Shown here: positions 1-10,677 of the stretch, in pieces
Layout: each line of letters opens with the position of its first letter
Position numbering within the stretch: the first letter of the stretch is position 1
Source: Eubacteriales bacterium
Lineage (GTDB): Bacteria; Bacillota; Clostridia; Oscillospirales; CAG-272
Length of the DNA: 64,000 bases
Direction of reading: 5' to 3'
Assembly (NCBI GenBank): GCA_045653705.1
Contig: JAZOMG010000006.1
Coordinates: 90,074 to 154,073 of the forward strand
Made by a program: the position numbers and the translations under genes
Notes under the pieces: model-generated
Seen by the model: the letters and a program-made list of their open reading frames with translations, nothing else
Databases searched by the model: none
Told to the model about the DNA's origin: nothing

Positions 1-1139
1 AGTGCAAGCTTGAGGAATGCGAGCAGGGAGTTTGTCCGGGCTGCGGAAGCTGCGCGGGTATGTATACCGCTAACAGTATGAACTGCCTGTGCGAGGCGCT
101 TGGAATCGCTCTCCCCGGTAACGGTACTATCCCCGCTGTAAGCAATAAGAGAACTATGCTCGCAAAGCATGCGGGTATGGCTATTATGGAGCTTGTGCGG
201 AACAATATATGCGCAAGAGATATTGTAAACGAAAGGTCTATCCGTAACGCTTTGGCTTGCGATATGGCGCTTGGATGCAGCTCCAACAGCGTTCTCCACC
301 TTTTGGCTATTGCCAATGAGGCAGGTGTTGCTCTTGACCTTAATATTTTCAATGAAATGAGCGCAATTGTTCCTAACCTTTGTCATTTAGCTCCCGCGGG
401 CGCAACCCATATGCAGGATCTTGATGCGGCAGGAGGTATACGCGCTGTTCAAGCTGAGCTTATAAAGAAGAACCTTCTTGATACCGACGTAATTACGGTT
501 ACAGGTAAGACCTTAGGCGAAAACGTTGAGGGCGCTTATATCAAGAATACAAATGCTATCAGACCTATCGATGAGCCCTATAGCGCAACAGGCGGTATCC
601 AGATACTTTGGGGTAACATCGCTCAAAAGGGATGTGTTGTAAAGCGTAGTGCTGTAGCACCTGAAATGCTTGTTCATAGCGGTCCTGCCCGTGTGTTCAA
701 TTCAGAGGACGAGGCAATTGCGGCCATATACTCGGGTAAGATAGTAGACGGAGACGTTGTTGTTATCCGTTATGAAGGACCTAAGGGCGGACCGGGAATG
801 AGAGAGATGCTTAACCCCACCAGTGCGCTTGCAGGTATGAAGCTTGATAAAACGGTTGCTCTTATAACGGACGGACGCTTTTCGGGCGCAAGCCGCGGAG
901 CATCCATAGGTCACGTAAGTCCCGAGGCGGCAGACGGCGGAAATATAGCCCTTATCGAAGAGGGAGATATTATTGAAATAAATATTCCCGACGCATCTAT
1001 CAATGTCAAGGTAAGCGATGATGTTCTTGAAGCGCGCAGAGCCAAATATACAGCTCCCGAGCCTAACGTAAAGAGCGGCTGGCTTGCAAGATACGCAAGA
1101 CTTGTCAGCGGCGCAGACCAAGGCGCGGTAATGAAATAA
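1..1139 (+). CDS. ilvD: dihydroxy-acid dehydratase, C-terminal part (5' end lies outside the window)
   Basis: The reading frame is open to the window start (frame from nt 3: [29 protein letters not shown]...). This includes the Fe-S cluster Cys motif region typical of the IlvD/Edd family. It is followed by leu genes. Confidence 0.9.
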   Translation, partial: CKLEECEQGVCPGCGSCAGMYTANSMNCLCEALGIALPGNGTIPAVSNKRTMLAKHAGMAIMELVRNNICARDIVNERSIRNALACDMALGCSSNSVLHLLAIANEAGVALDLNIFNEMSAIVPNLCHLAPAGATHMQDLDAAGGIRAVQAELIKKNLLDTDVITVTGKTLGENVEGAYIKNTNAIRPIDEPYSATGGIQILWGNIAQKGCVVKRSAVAPEMLVHSGPARVFNSEDEAIAAIYSGKIVDGDVVVIRYEGPKGGPGMREMLNPTSALAGMKLDKTVALITDGRFSGASRGASIGHVSPEAADGGNIALIEEGDIIEINIPDASINVKVSDDVLEARRAKYTAPEPNVKSGWLARYARLVSGADQGAVMK

Positions 1140-1162
1140 TACAGGAAGGTATATCACCGTAT

Positions 1163-2830
1163 ATGATGAATAACGCAACTAAATACACCCGTCAGTATTT
1201 TCCCGCTCCCAACGTAGAGGGAAAATGGATGAAGAAAAACTACATATCAAAAGCTCCCAGATGGTGCTCGGTTGACTTGAGAGACGGCAACCAGTCTCTC
1301 ATTATTCCTATGAGCCTCGAGGAGAAATTGGATTTCTTCCAGCTTCTCGTAAGAATAGGCTTTAAGGAGATAGAGGTGGGCTTTCCTGCGGCATCCGAGA
1401 CGGAATATAAGTTTCTTCGTACCTTGATCGAGGAAGATCTTATTCCCGACGACGTAACCGTACAGGTGCTTACTCAGTCAAGAGAGCATATAATCAAAAA
1501 GACCTTTGAGAGCCTTAAAGGCGCAAAGAACGCCATAGTTCACCTTTATAATTCCACTTCCGTGGCACAGCGCGAACAGGTGTTCAAGAAATCAAAGGAA
1601 GAAATAATTGATATTGCTATAAAGGGCGCGGAGCTGTTCAACAAGTTCAGCGAGGAAATGGGCGTGAATTACACCTATGAATACTCTCCCGAATCCTTCA
1701 CAGGAACAGAGCCCGAGTTTGCTCTTGAGATATGCAACGCGGTACTTGACGTTTGGAAGCCTACAAAGGAGCGACCTGTTATAATCAATCTTCCCGTAAC
1801 AGTTCAGGTATCTATGCCTCACGTTTACGCAAATCAGGTCGAATACATGCACGAAAATCTTAAGTACCGCGAGAATGTAATCATATCTCTCCATCCACAT
1901 AATGATCGAGGCTGTGCTGTTGCGGATGCCGAAATGGGCGTTTTGGCAGGCGGCGACCGAATAGAGGGAACTCTTTTCGGAAACGGAGAGAGAACAGGTA
2001 ACGTTGACATTGTTACAATGGCACTTAATATGTACGCGCAGGGAGTAGACCCCCAACTTGATCTTTCGGATATTCCGTCTATTACCGAGCTTTATGAAAG
2101 AGTAACAAGAATGCAGGTATATGACAGAACGCCTTATGCAGGCAAGCTTGTATTTGCGGCTTTCTCGGGCTCACATCAGGATGCCATAGCAAAGGGTATG
2201 AAGTGGAGAGAGGATCACACCTGCCCCTATTGGACGGTTCCTTATCTTCCTATCGATCCTCAGGACGTTGGCAGAGAATACGAAACAGACGTTATCCGTA
2301 TCAACTCTCAGTCGGGTAAGGGCGGTATCGGTTGGCTTCTCGAGCACAACTACGGATATGCTCTCCCGCCTAAGATGCGCGAGGACGTTGGATATACAGT
2401 TAAGAACGTGTCCGATAGATCTCATAAGGAGCTTGCTCCCGCTGAGGTGTTGGAGATATTCAAGAATGAGTACGTCAATATCAATACTCCTATTGAGCTT
2501 GAGGACTATCACTTTGTCCGTAAGCCCGATTGTATGAAGGCTATCGTTACCATATCGCAAAACGGTGAAACGAGAGACATCTCGGCAGAGGGTAACGGAC
2601 GCCTTGACGCGGTAAGTAACGCTATCAAGCGCCATCTTGGAATAGAGTATTCCAACCTTACTTACACCGAGCACGCTCTCACAAGCGAGTCCTCGTCTCA
2701 GGCGGTAACCTACGTAAGTATAACCTTTAAGGACGGAACAACGAGCTGGGGCGCGGGAGTACACGACGATATTATTGCCGCTTCTATAAGCGCGCTTATA
2801 TCGGCTATAAACCGCAAAATGTGCAACTAA
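1163..2830 (+). CDS. leuA: 2-isopropylmalate synthase (long form, ~555 aa)
   Basis: RWCSVDLRDGNQS and HPHNDRGCAVA motifs of the HMGL-like aldolase domain. A C-terminal LeuA allosteric/dimerisation region is present. It sits immediately upstream of leuCDB. Confidence 0.9.
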   Translation: MMNNATKYTRQYFPAPNVEGKWMKKNYISKAPRWCSVDLRDGNQSLIIPMSLEEKLDFFQLLVRIGFKEIEVGFPAASETEYKFLRTLIEEDLIPDDVTVQVLTQSREHIIKKTFESLKGAKNAIVHLYNSTSVAQREQVFKKSKEEIIDIAIKGAELFNKFSEEMGVNYTYEYSPESFTGTEPEFALEICNAVLDVWKPTKERPVIINLPVTVQVSMPHVYANQVEYMHENLKYRENVIISLHPHNDRGCAVADAEMGVLAGGDRIEGTLFGNGERTGNVDIVTMALNMYAQGVDPQLDLSDIPSITELYERVTRMQVYDRTPYAGKLVFAAFSGSHQDAIAKGMKWREDHTCPYWTVPYLPIDPQDVGREYETDVIRINSQSGKGGIGWLLEHNYGYALPPKMREDVGYTVKNVSDRSHKELAPAEVLEIFKNEYVNINTPIELEDYHFVRKPDCMKAIVTISQNGETRDISAEGNGRLDAVSNAIKRHLGIEYSNLTYTEHALTSESSSQAVTYVSITFKDGTTSWGAGVHDDIIAASISALISAINRKMCN

Positions 2831-2855
2831 TTGACACACGAAAGAGGTAAGAACT

Positions 2856-4124
2856 ATGGGAATGACAATGACACAGAAGATTTTGGCGGCTCACGCAGGA
2901 CTTGAGAGCGTCAAAGCGGGTCAGCTCATTATGGCTAACCTTGATTTAGTATTGGGAAACGATATTACGTCTCCTGTTGCTATCAATGAATTTAAGAAAA
3001 ACGGCTTTGACGGAGTGTTCGACAAGGATAAGATCGCTCTTGTTATGGACCACTTTGTACCAAACAAGGATATAAAGGCGGCTCAGCAGTGCAAGCAGTG
3101 CAGAACATTCGCGAAGTGCTTCTCTATCACTAATTATTTTGACGTAGGAGATATGGGTATCGAGCACGCTTTGCTTCCTGAAAAAGGACTTGTAGGTCCC
3201 GGGGAGCTGGTTATAGGAGCTGATTCACACACCTGTACATACGGAGCGCTCGGCGCGTTTTCCACAGGCGTGGGAAGCACCGATATGGCGGCGGGTATGG
3301 CTACGGGTAAGGCGTGGTTCAAGGTTCCGTCCGCAATTAAATTTAACCTTGTTGGTAAGCTTCAGCCTATGGTTTCGGGTAAGGATGTTATTCTTTACAT
3401 AATCGGAATGATAGGCGTTGACGGAGCGCTTTACCGCTCTATGGAGTTCACAGGCGAGGGACTCTCGGCGCTTTCTATGGATGACCGCCTGTGTATGGCA
3501 AATATGGCAATAGAGGCAGGCGCTAAAAACGGAATATTTGAGGTTGATGAAGTTACAATGGAATACATCAACGGTCGCGTTAACCGACCTGTTACCGTTT
3601 ACAAGGCAGACGCCGATGCGGAGTATGACGAGGAATATACAATAGACCTCTCTACAATAGAGCCTACCGTGGCTTGTCCTCATTTGCCCGAAAACACAAA
3701 AAATGCCAAGGAGCTTTCGGATATCGTTCCCGATCAGGTTGTTATCGGCTCTTGCACCAACGGCAGACTTTCCGATATGGCGGCTGCGGCTAAGATAATG
3801 AACGGTAAGCATATAGCAGATGGTGTTCGCTGTATCATAATTCCCGCAACGCAGACTATATACAAGGAGTGTATCAAGCTTGGATATATCGATACGTTTA
3901 TTGATGCGGGCTGTGTCGTTTCAACGCCTACCTGCGGTCCTTGTCTTGGCGGATATATGGGAATACTGGCGGAGGACGAGATAGCGGTTGCGACTACAAA
4001 CAGAAACTTTGTGGGCAGAATGGGACATATAACCTCTAAGATATATCTTGCAAGCCCCGAGGTTGCCGCGGCAACAGCTATTGCGGGTAAGATATGCGAC
4101 CCGAGAGAAATGAGCGAGAAGTAA
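2856..4124 (+). CDS. leuC: 3-isopropylmalate dehydratase large subunit
   Basis: Aconitase-family protein of 422 aa. [16 protein letters not shown] and CGPCLGG cluster-ligand motifs. RBS AAGAGG lies 9 nt upstream. Confidence 0.92.
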   Translation: MGMTMTQKILAAHAGLESVKAGQLIMANLDLVLGNDITSPVAINEFKKNGFDGVFDKDKIALVMDHFVPNKDIKAAQQCKQCRTFAKCFSITNYFDVGDMGIEHALLPEKGLVGPGELVIGADSHTCTYGALGAFSTGVGSTDMAAGMATGKAWFKVPSAIKFNLVGKLQPMVSGKDVILYIIGMIGVDGALYRSMEFTGEGLSALSMDDRLCMANMAIEAGAKNGIFEVDEVTMEYINGRVNRPVTVYKADADAEYDEEYTIDLSTIEPTVACPHLPENTKNAKELSDIVPDQVVIGSCTNGRLSDMAAAAKIMNGKHIADGVRCIIIPATQTIYKECIKLGYIDTFIDAGCVVSTPTCGPCLGGYMGILAEDEIAVATTNRNFVGRMGHITSKIYLASPEVAAATAIAGKICDPREMSEK

Positions 4125-4136
4125 GGAGAGATAAAA

Positions 4137-4625
4137 ATGGATGTAAAGGGATATGTACATAAATATGGAGATAACGTAGATACTGACGTTATTATCCCCG
4201 CAAGATATTTGAATACCTCTGACCATAAGGAGCTTGCTTCTCACTGTATGGAAGATATAGACGCGGATTTTACCAAAAAGGTAAATGCGGGTGACATTAT
4301 GGTAGGTGGAGCTAACTTCGGTTGCGGCTCATCAAGAGAGCATGCCCCCATAGCTATTAAAAATTCGGGAATTTCCTGCGTTATTGCTAAGACCTTCGCT
4401 CGAATTTTCTTCCGTAATGCTATAAACATCGGTCTTGCTATACTCGAATGCCCAGAGGCAAGCGAGAAAATAGATAGCGGAGACGAGGTTGCGGTTGATT
4501 TCGATACGGGTATCATAACCAACGTAACAAAAAATGAAACCTATCAGGCAGAGCCGTTTCCCGAATTTATAAAGGATATTATCCGCGCGGACGGTCTGAT
4601 GAATTCTATCGGGGGTCAGAAATAA
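4137..4625 (+). CDS. leuD: 3-isopropylmalate dehydratase small subunit
   Basis: 162 aa swivel-domain protein with the [13 protein letters not shown] motif. Adjacent to leuC. Confidence 0.92.
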   Translation: MDVKGYVHKYGDNVDTDVIIPARYLNTSDHKELASHCMEDIDADFTKKVNAGDIMVGGANFGCGSSREHAPIAIKNSGISCVIAKTFARIFFRNAINIGLAILECPEASEKIDSGDEVAVDFDTGIITNVTKNETYQAEPFPEFIKDIIRADGLMNSIGGQK

Positions 4626-5695
4626 TGAAGAAGAATATAGCTGTTTTAAAGGGTGACGGTATCGGACCTGAAATCGTTGAACAGGCGATACTCGTTTTAA
4701 ACGCTGTAGGCGATAAATTCGGTCACGAATTTAACTATACCGAGGTTGATATCGGCGGATGCAGTATTGATAAGCACGGCGTGCCGATAACAGATGAGGG
4801 AATGGCGGCTTGTAAGGCATCTGACAGTGTTCTTTTGGGAGCTGTCGGCGGTCCTAAATGGGATAACGTTGACCCATCTATAAGACCCGAAAAGGCGCTG
4901 TTGGCTGTACGTAAGGAGCTTGGTCTTTTTGCTAATCTCCGTCCAACAAAGCTATTTCCGCAATTGGCAGATGCTTCGCCTCTCAAGGCAAGTATTGTCG
5001 GAAACGGAATTGACCTTATGATAGTCCGTGAGCTTACGGGCGGCATCTATTTCGGAGCTAGAAGAACTGTAACGGAAAATGGCGAAAAGGTCGCTACCGA
5101 CGAAATGACGTACAGTGAGCACGAAATCGAAAGAATAGGACGTGTTGCTTTTGAAAGCGCGCGCAAGAGAGGAAAGCGACTTGCCTCGGTAGATAAGGCA
5201 AACGTGTTGGATTCCTCCCGCCTTTGGAGAGCGGTCATGCACAAGCTGTCAGTGGAATATTCGGACGTTGAATATTCGGATATACTTGTTGACAATACTG
5301 CTATGCAGCTAATAAAAAATCCCGCTCAGTTTGACGTAATTGTTACCGAGAATATGTTTGGCGACATTCTTTCCGATGAAGCAAGTATGCTTACGGGTTC
5401 TATCGGTATGATGCCCTCGGCAAGTCTTTCTTCGGGAACTCTCGGAATGTATGAGCCTATACACGGCTCAGCTCCCGATATTGCGGGAATGGATATCGCA
5501 AACCCCATAGGAACCGTTATGTCTGTTGCTATGATGCTTCGCTTCTCATTTGATATGTCAGCAGAGGCAGACGCTATCGAAGCGGCTGTAAATAAAGCTC
5601 TTGATGACGGATACAGAACTGCGGATATATGGAAAGAGGGCACAAAAAAGGTTGGATGTAAGGAAATGGGCGCTATAATTGCGGCTAATCTTTAA
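4625..5695 (+). CDS. leuB: 3-isopropylmalate dehydrogenase
   Basis: Isocitrate/isopropylmalate dehydrogenase signature [20 protein letters not shown]. The start overlaps the leuD stop (ATAATG). Confidence 0.92.
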   Translation: MKKNIAVLKGDGIGPEIVEQAILVLNAVGDKFGHEFNYTEVDIGGCSIDKHGVPITDEGMAACKASDSVLLGAVGGPKWDNVDPSIRPEKALLAVRKELGLFANLRPTKLFPQLADASPLKASIVGNGIDLMIVRELTGGIYFGARRTVTENGEKVATDEMTYSEHEIERIGRVAFESARKRGKRLASVDKANVLDSSRLWRAVMHKLSVEYSDVEYSDILVDNTAMQLIKNPAQFDVIVTENMFGDILSDEASMLTGSIGMMPSASLSSGTLGMYEPIHGSAPDIAGMDIANPIGTVMSVAMMLRFSFDMSAEADAIEAAVNKALDDGYRTADIWKEGTKKVGCKEMGAIIAANL

Positions 5696-5712
5696 CGAAA
5701 GGAAAAGATAAA

Positions 5713-6783
5713 ATGCTTAATATTAAGTATGATTTAGTAAAATCAAGAAAAGAAAAGCCCGATTGGGATCATTTGGGCTTTGGAAAATATTTTACCGACC
5801 ATATGTTCATAATGGACTATGACGATGGACAGGGCTGGCACGATGCGCGTATAGTTCCGTATCAGAACCTTTCGCTGGACCCTGCTTGTATGGTATTCCA
5901 TTACGCGCAGGAAATGTTCGAAGGCTTGAAAGCATACCGCACGCCCGATGGCTCTGTTCAGCTTTTCAGACCCGATAAAAATATTGAAAGAATGAACAAT
6001 ACAAATACCCGTCTTTGTATTCCTCACCTCGATCCCACAGATGTGCTGGATGCTCTTAAGGCTATCGTAAAGGTAGAAGAAGAGTGGGTGCCCACAAAAG
6101 AGGGAACCTCTTTGTATATTCGTCCTTTTATAATCGCTACCGACGTTCAGCTTGGCGTTCATCCCTCAAAGAGCTATAAGTTTATAATTATTATGAGCCC
6201 TGTTGGCGCGTACTACGCAGAGGGAATAAAGCCTGTTAAGATATTTGTTGAAACAGAGTATGTTCGAGCAGTAAAAGGCGGTACAGGATTTGCCAAGGTC
6301 GGCGGAAACTACGCTTGTTCGCTTATAGGACAGCAGAAAGCCGAAAGTCTTGGATATTCACAGGTTTTGTGGCTTGACGGAATCGAGCATAAGTACATCG
6401 ATGAAGTTGGCGCTATGAACGTATTTCTCGTTATAGACGGAAAGGTAATTACACCTGCTCTTGACGAGGGAAATATTCTTCCCGGAGTAACAAGAGCGTC
6501 TTGTATAGAAATATTGAAGAAATACGGATATTTGGTTGAGGAACGTAAGCTCTCACTTGCAGAGGTTATTGAAGCTTACAAGAACGGCAAGCTTAACGAG
6601 GCGTTTGGTACAGGAACGGCGGCTGTTGTATCTCCTATGGGAGCGCTCGATACCGAAACCGAGAAGATGACTATAAACAACGGCGAGATTGGCGAGGTTG
6701 CTCAAAAGCTTTACGATACATTGACAGGCATTCAGTGGGGAAGAATTCCCGATGAGTTCGGTTGGACAGTAAAGGTTGACTAA
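5713..6783 (+). CDS. ilvE: branched-chain amino acid aminotransferase (class IV)
   Basis: 356 aa. The family pattern FEGLKAYR ... GGTGFAKVGGNYA ... GVTR is typical of the long IlvE form. Confidence 0.88.
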   Translation: MLNIKYDLVKSRKEKPDWDHLGFGKYFTDHMFIMDYDDGQGWHDARIVPYQNLSLDPACMVFHYAQEMFEGLKAYRTPDGSVQLFRPDKNIERMNNTNTRLCIPHLDPTDVLDALKAIVKVEEEWVPTKEGTSLYIRPFIIATDVQLGVHPSKSYKFIIIMSPVGAYYAEGIKPVKIFVETEYVRAVKGGTGFAKVGGNYACSLIGQQKAESLGYSQVLWLDGIEHKYIDEVGAMNVFLVIDGKVITPALDEGNILPGVTRASCIEILKKYGYLVEERKLSLAEVIEAYKNGKLNEAFGTGTAAVVSPMGALDTETEKMTINNGEIGEVAQKLYDTLTGIQWGRIPDEFGWTVKVD

Positions 6784-6791
6784 ATCAAATT

Positions 6792-6828
6792 GGCCGCAGG
6801 CACGAAAAAATGCCTGTGGCCGATTTGT
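6792..6828 (+). terminator. intrinsic terminator after ilvE
   Basis: GGCCGCAGGCA-cgaaaaaa-TGCCTGTGGCC hairpin (one G-U pair) followed by GATTTGTG. The U-tract is weak. Confidence 0.6.
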
Positions 6829-7035
6829 GCGAATGAATAAAATGTGTATATATACATTGTTAAATGAATAAATAATCGGTGAAATTATTCGCGATATTCA
6901 CGATTATATTCATTTTTGTGCATTGTGGCTATAAATATCCAAAGATATTAATAAACATTGTCAAACAAACATATTGACATTTATTTGCTTTGGGTGTATA
7001 ATATACACAAATCAATGAATATTATGCAAATAACA
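6829..7035 (+). promoter_or_regulatory. candidate ArgR/AhrC operator array (ARG-box-like half-sites) around the arg promoter
   Basis: TGAATA at 6834, 6865 and 7016. Its complement TATTCA at 6895 and 6907. The first three are spaced about 30 nt apart. CAATGAATATTATGCAAA at 7013-7030 resembles the Bacillus AhrC box CATGAATAAAAATKCAAK and lies just downstream of the -10. Confidence 0.55.
6974..7002 (+). promoter_or_regulatory. sigma-A-type promoter of the arg operon
   Basis: TTGACA (6974-6979), a 17-nt spacer, then TATAAT (6997-7002). Confidence 0.65.
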
Positions 7036-7071
7036 CATTTCGATTGCATATCAATACAGGAGGAACATAAA

Positions 7072-8298
7072 ATGGAAAAGAAAGATATCAAAAAGGTTGT
7101 TTTAGCTTATTCGGGTGGCTTGGATACTTCTATAATCATCCCGTGGTTAAAGGAAAACTACAATAACTGTGAGGTTATCGCTGTCAGCGGAAACGTAGGA
7201 CAGAATGATGAGCTTGACGGACTTGAAGAAAAGGCAATAAAGACAGGCGCGTCCAAGATATACATAGAGGATCTTACGGATGAGTTCGTTGACGATTACG
7301 TAATACCTACCGTAATGGCGGGCGCTAAGTACGAGGCAAATTTGCTCGGTACTTCTTTCGGTCGTCACGTTATCGCTAAGCGTATAGTTGAGATCGCCAA
7401 GGCAGAGGGGGCTGACGCTATTTGCCACGGCTGTACAGGTAAGGGAAACGACCAGGTTCGTTTTGAACTTACTATCAAAGCATTTGCGCCCGATATGCCT
7501 ATAATTGCTCCTTGGCGTGAGTGGAACATAAAGTCCCGTGAGGAAGAGATAGAATACGCAGAGGCGCACAACGTTCCTCTTAAGATAAACCGTGAGACAA
7601 ACTACTCTAAGGATAAAAACCTTTGGCACCTCAGCCACGAGGGGCTTGACCTTGAGGATGCGGGAAATGAGCCTCTTTACGAAAAAGAAGGCTTCCTTGA
7701 AATGGGCGTATCTCCCATTCAAGCTCCCGATGCTCCTACTTATATAACCCTTGAATTTGAAAAAGGACGTCCTGTTGCTTTCAACGGCGAAAAGATGAGC
7801 GCAAAGGAAATAATCCTTAACCTGAACAAGGTAGGCGGTGAGAACGGCATTGGTTTGCTTGATATTGTTGAGAACCGTCTCGTAGGTATGAAGTGCCGCG
7901 GTGTTTATGAGACCCCCGGCGGAGAGATTCTCTATGCGGCTCATAATTATCTTGAGACACTATGTCTTGATAAGTATACCGCGCACAAGAAAGAGGAGCT
8001 TGCCGTTACATTTGCAGACCTTGTATATAACGGTCAGTGGTTTACACCTTTGCGCGAGGCTCTCTCCGCATTTGTGGATAAGACACAGGAAAACGTTACG
8101 GGTAAGGTAAAGCTCAAGCTTTACAAGGCTAATATTATCAAAGCGGGCGCATGGAGCGACTATTCTCTCTATTTCGAGGAGATAGCTACATTTGGTGAGG
8201 ATCACGTTTACGATCAGACCGATGCTACCGGATTTATCAACCTGTTCGGTCTTCCTATAAAGGTACAGGCTCAGGTCAACGAAAAGAATAAAAAATAA
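7072..8298 (+). CDS. argG: argininosuccinate synthase
   Basis: [12 protein letters not shown]-pyrophosphatase motif directly after [21 protein letters not shown] at 7058-7064. The ORF-track start at 6958 would run through the promoter and is rejected. Confidence 0.92.
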   Translation: MEKKDIKKVVLAYSGGLDTSIIIPWLKENYNNCEVIAVSGNVGQNDELDGLEEKAIKTGASKIYIEDLTDEFVDDYVIPTVMAGAKYEANLLGTSFGRHVIAKRIVEIAKAEGADAICHGCTGKGNDQVRFELTIKAFAPDMPIIAPWREWNIKSREEEIEYAEAHNVPLKINRETNYSKDKNLWHLSHEGLDLEDAGNEPLYEKEGFLEMGVSPIQAPDAPTYITLEFEKGRPVAFNGEKMSAKEIILNLNKVGGENGIGLLDIVENRLVGMKCRGVYETPGGEILYAAHNYLETLCLDKYTAHKKEELAVTFADLVYNGQWFTPLREALSAFVDKTQENVTGKVKLKLYKANIIKAGAWSDYSLYFEEIATFGEDHVYDQTDATGFINLFGLPIKVQAQVNEKNKK

Positions 8299-8361
8299 TA
8301 GATAAGGACTCGTTTGCCTGCCGCCCAAAAAGCGACAGGCAATACGTGCTAAATTTAACTT

Positions 8362-9738
8362 ATGGAAAAAATGTGGGCAGGCAGGTTTGCCAAGACCTTA
8401 GACAGCAAGGCAGATGACTTTAACTCGTCCATACGCTTTGACTGTAAGATGTACAAGCAGGATATTACAGGCTCAATTGCGCACGCTCAGATGCTCGCGG
8501 CTCAGAGGATAATTTCGAATGAGGACTGCACAGCTATCGTTGACGGCTTATGTGGAATATTATCCGATATTGAAAGCGGAGTATTGCAAATAGATATGCG
8601 ATGTGAGGATATCCATATGTTTGTGGAATCCGAGCTTACAAAGCGTATTGGAGATGCGGGTAAGCGTTTGCACACTGCAAGAAGCCGAAACGATCAGGTA
8701 GCGGTTGACGTCAGAATGTATCTCCGTGACGAAGTGAAAGAGATATTCGAGCTTCTTAAAACGCTGATTACAGATATAACCGAACAGGCGGAAAAGAATA
8801 AGAGTGTCATCGTTCCCGGATATACTCATTTACAGAGAGCGCAGCCTATTACTTTCGGTCACCACCTTATGGCGTATTCTATGATGTTTTTGCGTGACCT
8901 TAGCAGATTAGAGGATGCGAAGAAGAGAATGAACTATTCGCCTCTTGGCTCTTGCGCTTTGGCGGGAACGACCTATAATACAGACCGCCGTATGGAAGCC
9001 GAGAAGCTTGGCTTTGACGGAATTATGCTCAACAGCATAGACGGAGTTTCCGACAGAGATTTCTGTATAGAATTTATGAGCGCGTTTTCTACTATAATGA
9101 TGCACCTGTCAAGACTTTCCGAGGAGATAATCCTTTGGTCAAGCTGGGAATTCAGATACGTCGAGCTTGACGACTCATTCACAACAGGCTCTTCTATAAT
9201 GCCGCAAAAGAAAAATTCGGATATGGCGGAGCTTGTACGCGGAAAAACAGGAAGAGTCTATGGCGATCTTATGACAATACTTACCTTGATGAAAGGTCTG
9301 CCCTTAGCCTACAACAAGGATATGCAAGAGGATAAGGAAGCGCTGTTTGACTCCGTTGAAACCGTAAAAATGTGTCTCGATATATTTGCTCCTATGATAA
9401 GAACAATGAAGGTAAAGAGCGAAAATATGTACCGCGCGGCACAAGAGGGCTTTATAAACGCCACCGACCTTGCAGATTATCTCACAAGAAAAGATATGCC
9501 GTTCAGAAGTGCGTATAAAATCGTAGGACAGATAGTTGCGGAATGTATAGACAAGAGATGCGTTCTTGATGACCTGCCTATCGAAGCCTACCGCGCTCAC
9601 AGCGAGCTGTTTGAGGATGATTTGTATAACGAAATATCCTTGGAGACCTGTGTAAGCAAGAGATTGTCCGAGGGCGGAACATCGGTAAAATCGGTTGAAG
9701 CTCAGATAGCTTACGTTAGAAAGGAATTGGAAAAATGA
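8362..9738 (+). CDS. argH: argininosuccinate lyase
   Basis: Fumarate-lyase superfamily signature GSSIMPQKKNSD. N-terminal MWAGRF is typical of ArgH. Confidence 0.92.
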   Translation: MEKMWAGRFAKTLDSKADDFNSSIRFDCKMYKQDITGSIAHAQMLAAQRIISNEDCTAIVDGLCGILSDIESGVLQIDMRCEDIHMFVESELTKRIGDAGKRLHTARSRNDQVAVDVRMYLRDEVKEIFELLKTLITDITEQAEKNKSVIVPGYTHLQRAQPITFGHHLMAYSMMFLRDLSRLEDAKKRMNYSPLGSCALAGTTYNTDRRMEAEKLGFDGIMLNSIDGVSDRDFCIEFMSAFSTIMMHLSRLSEEIILWSSWEFRYVELDDSFTTGSSIMPQKKNSDMAELVRGKTGRVYGDLMTILTLMKGLPLAYNKDMQEDKEALFDSVETVKMCLDIFAPMIRTMKVKSENMYRAAQEGFINATDLADYLTRKDMPFRSAYKIVGQIVAECIDKRCVLDDLPIEAYRAHSELFEDDLYNEISLETCVSKRLSEGGTSVKSVEAQIAYVRKELEK

Positions 9739-10664
9739 AAAAAATATTCATTGACGGAAGCGTGGGCACAACAGGACTTCGTATATTTGAAAGACTAGAA
9801 AACAGAAACGACATTGAGATAATAACACTTTCAGAGGATAAAAGAAAGGATGCCGCGGCAAGAAAAGAAGCGCTCAATTCTTGCGATGTTGCCTTTCTTT
9901 GCCTCCCCGATGCCGCCGCGATTGAGGCGGTTGAAATGATAGATAATCCCAATACAGTAGTAATCGATGCGTCAACCGCTCACAGAACAAATGACGGATG
10001 GTGCTACGGCTTTCCCGAGCTTAGTGACAGTATAAAGAACAGACTGCCCTCGGCGAAGAGAATTGCCGTTCCCGGATGTCACGCAAGCGGATTTATCGCT
10101 CTCGTTTATCCATTGATAGAGGCGGGCTTAATATCTCCCGATGCAAAGCTTACCTGTCACTCCATAACAGGTTACAGCGGCGGCGGTAAGAAGATGATAG
10201 CCGAATATGAAGTTGAGGACAAGGACGAGCTTCTATATGCTCCGAGACAGTACGGACTTACTCAACAGCATAAGCACCTTAAGGAAATGAAGAAGATAAC
10301 GGGGATTGAAAACGAGCCTATTTTCTGTCCTATCGTATCGGATTTTTGCAGCGGTATGAGGGTTTCTGTACCGATATTTGCTTCCGACCTTAAAAAGGGA
10401 ACTGTTGAGGATATTAAGGATATATACAGAAACAAATACAACGGAAATATCGTTGAGTTTATTGACAGCGCAGACGATGGTGGATTTATATCGGCGCACA
10501 ATATGTCAAAGAAAGACTCTATGAAGATAACAGTATGCGGCAATGACGACAGAATTTTGCTTATCGCAATGTACGATAACTTGGGCAAGGGCGCGTCGGG
10601 CGCGGCTGTTGAATGCTTGAATTATGTTTTGGGACTTGCCCCCGAAACAGGACTTGAACTATAA
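9735..10664 (+). CDS. argC: N-acetyl-gamma-glutamyl-phosphate reductase (short, uncommon-form ArgC)
   Basis: 309 aa. N-terminal Rossmann GSVGTTG and catalytic Cys in PGCHASGF. ATGA overlap with the argH stop. Its length and motifs match the shorter ArgC class rather than the ~345-aa common form. Confidence 0.85.
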   Translation: MKKIFIDGSVGTTGLRIFERLENRNDIEIITLSEDKRKDAAARKEALNSCDVAFLCLPDAAAIEAVEMIDNPNTVVIDASTAHRTNDGWCYGFPELSDSIKNRLPSAKRIAVPGCHASGFIALVYPLIEAGLISPDAKLTCHSITGYSGGGKKMIAEYEVEDKDELLYAPRQYGLTQQHKHLKEMKKITGIENEPIFCPIVSDFCSGMRVSVPIFASDLKKGTVEDIKDIYRNKYNGNIVEFIDSADDGGFISAHNMSKKDSMKITVCGNDDRILLIAMYDNLGKGASGAAVECLNYVLGLAPETGLEL

Positions 10665-10677
10665 ATAGGAGAAAAAT

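Noticed and set aside
6958-7071. An N-terminal extension of argG suggested by the ORF track.
   Set aside because: It would be translated through the TTGACA-N17-TATAAT promoter and the ARG-box-like sites. ATG 7072 has a strong AGGAGGA RBS and gives the canonical ArgG N-terminus.
7147-7944. A 265-aa minus-strand ORF inside argG. Similar long antisense ORFs occur at 34188-34895, 20669-21244, 23704-24360 and 12121-12699.
   Set aside because: These are shadow ORFs opposite strongly conserved enzyme genes. No independent coding evidence exists.
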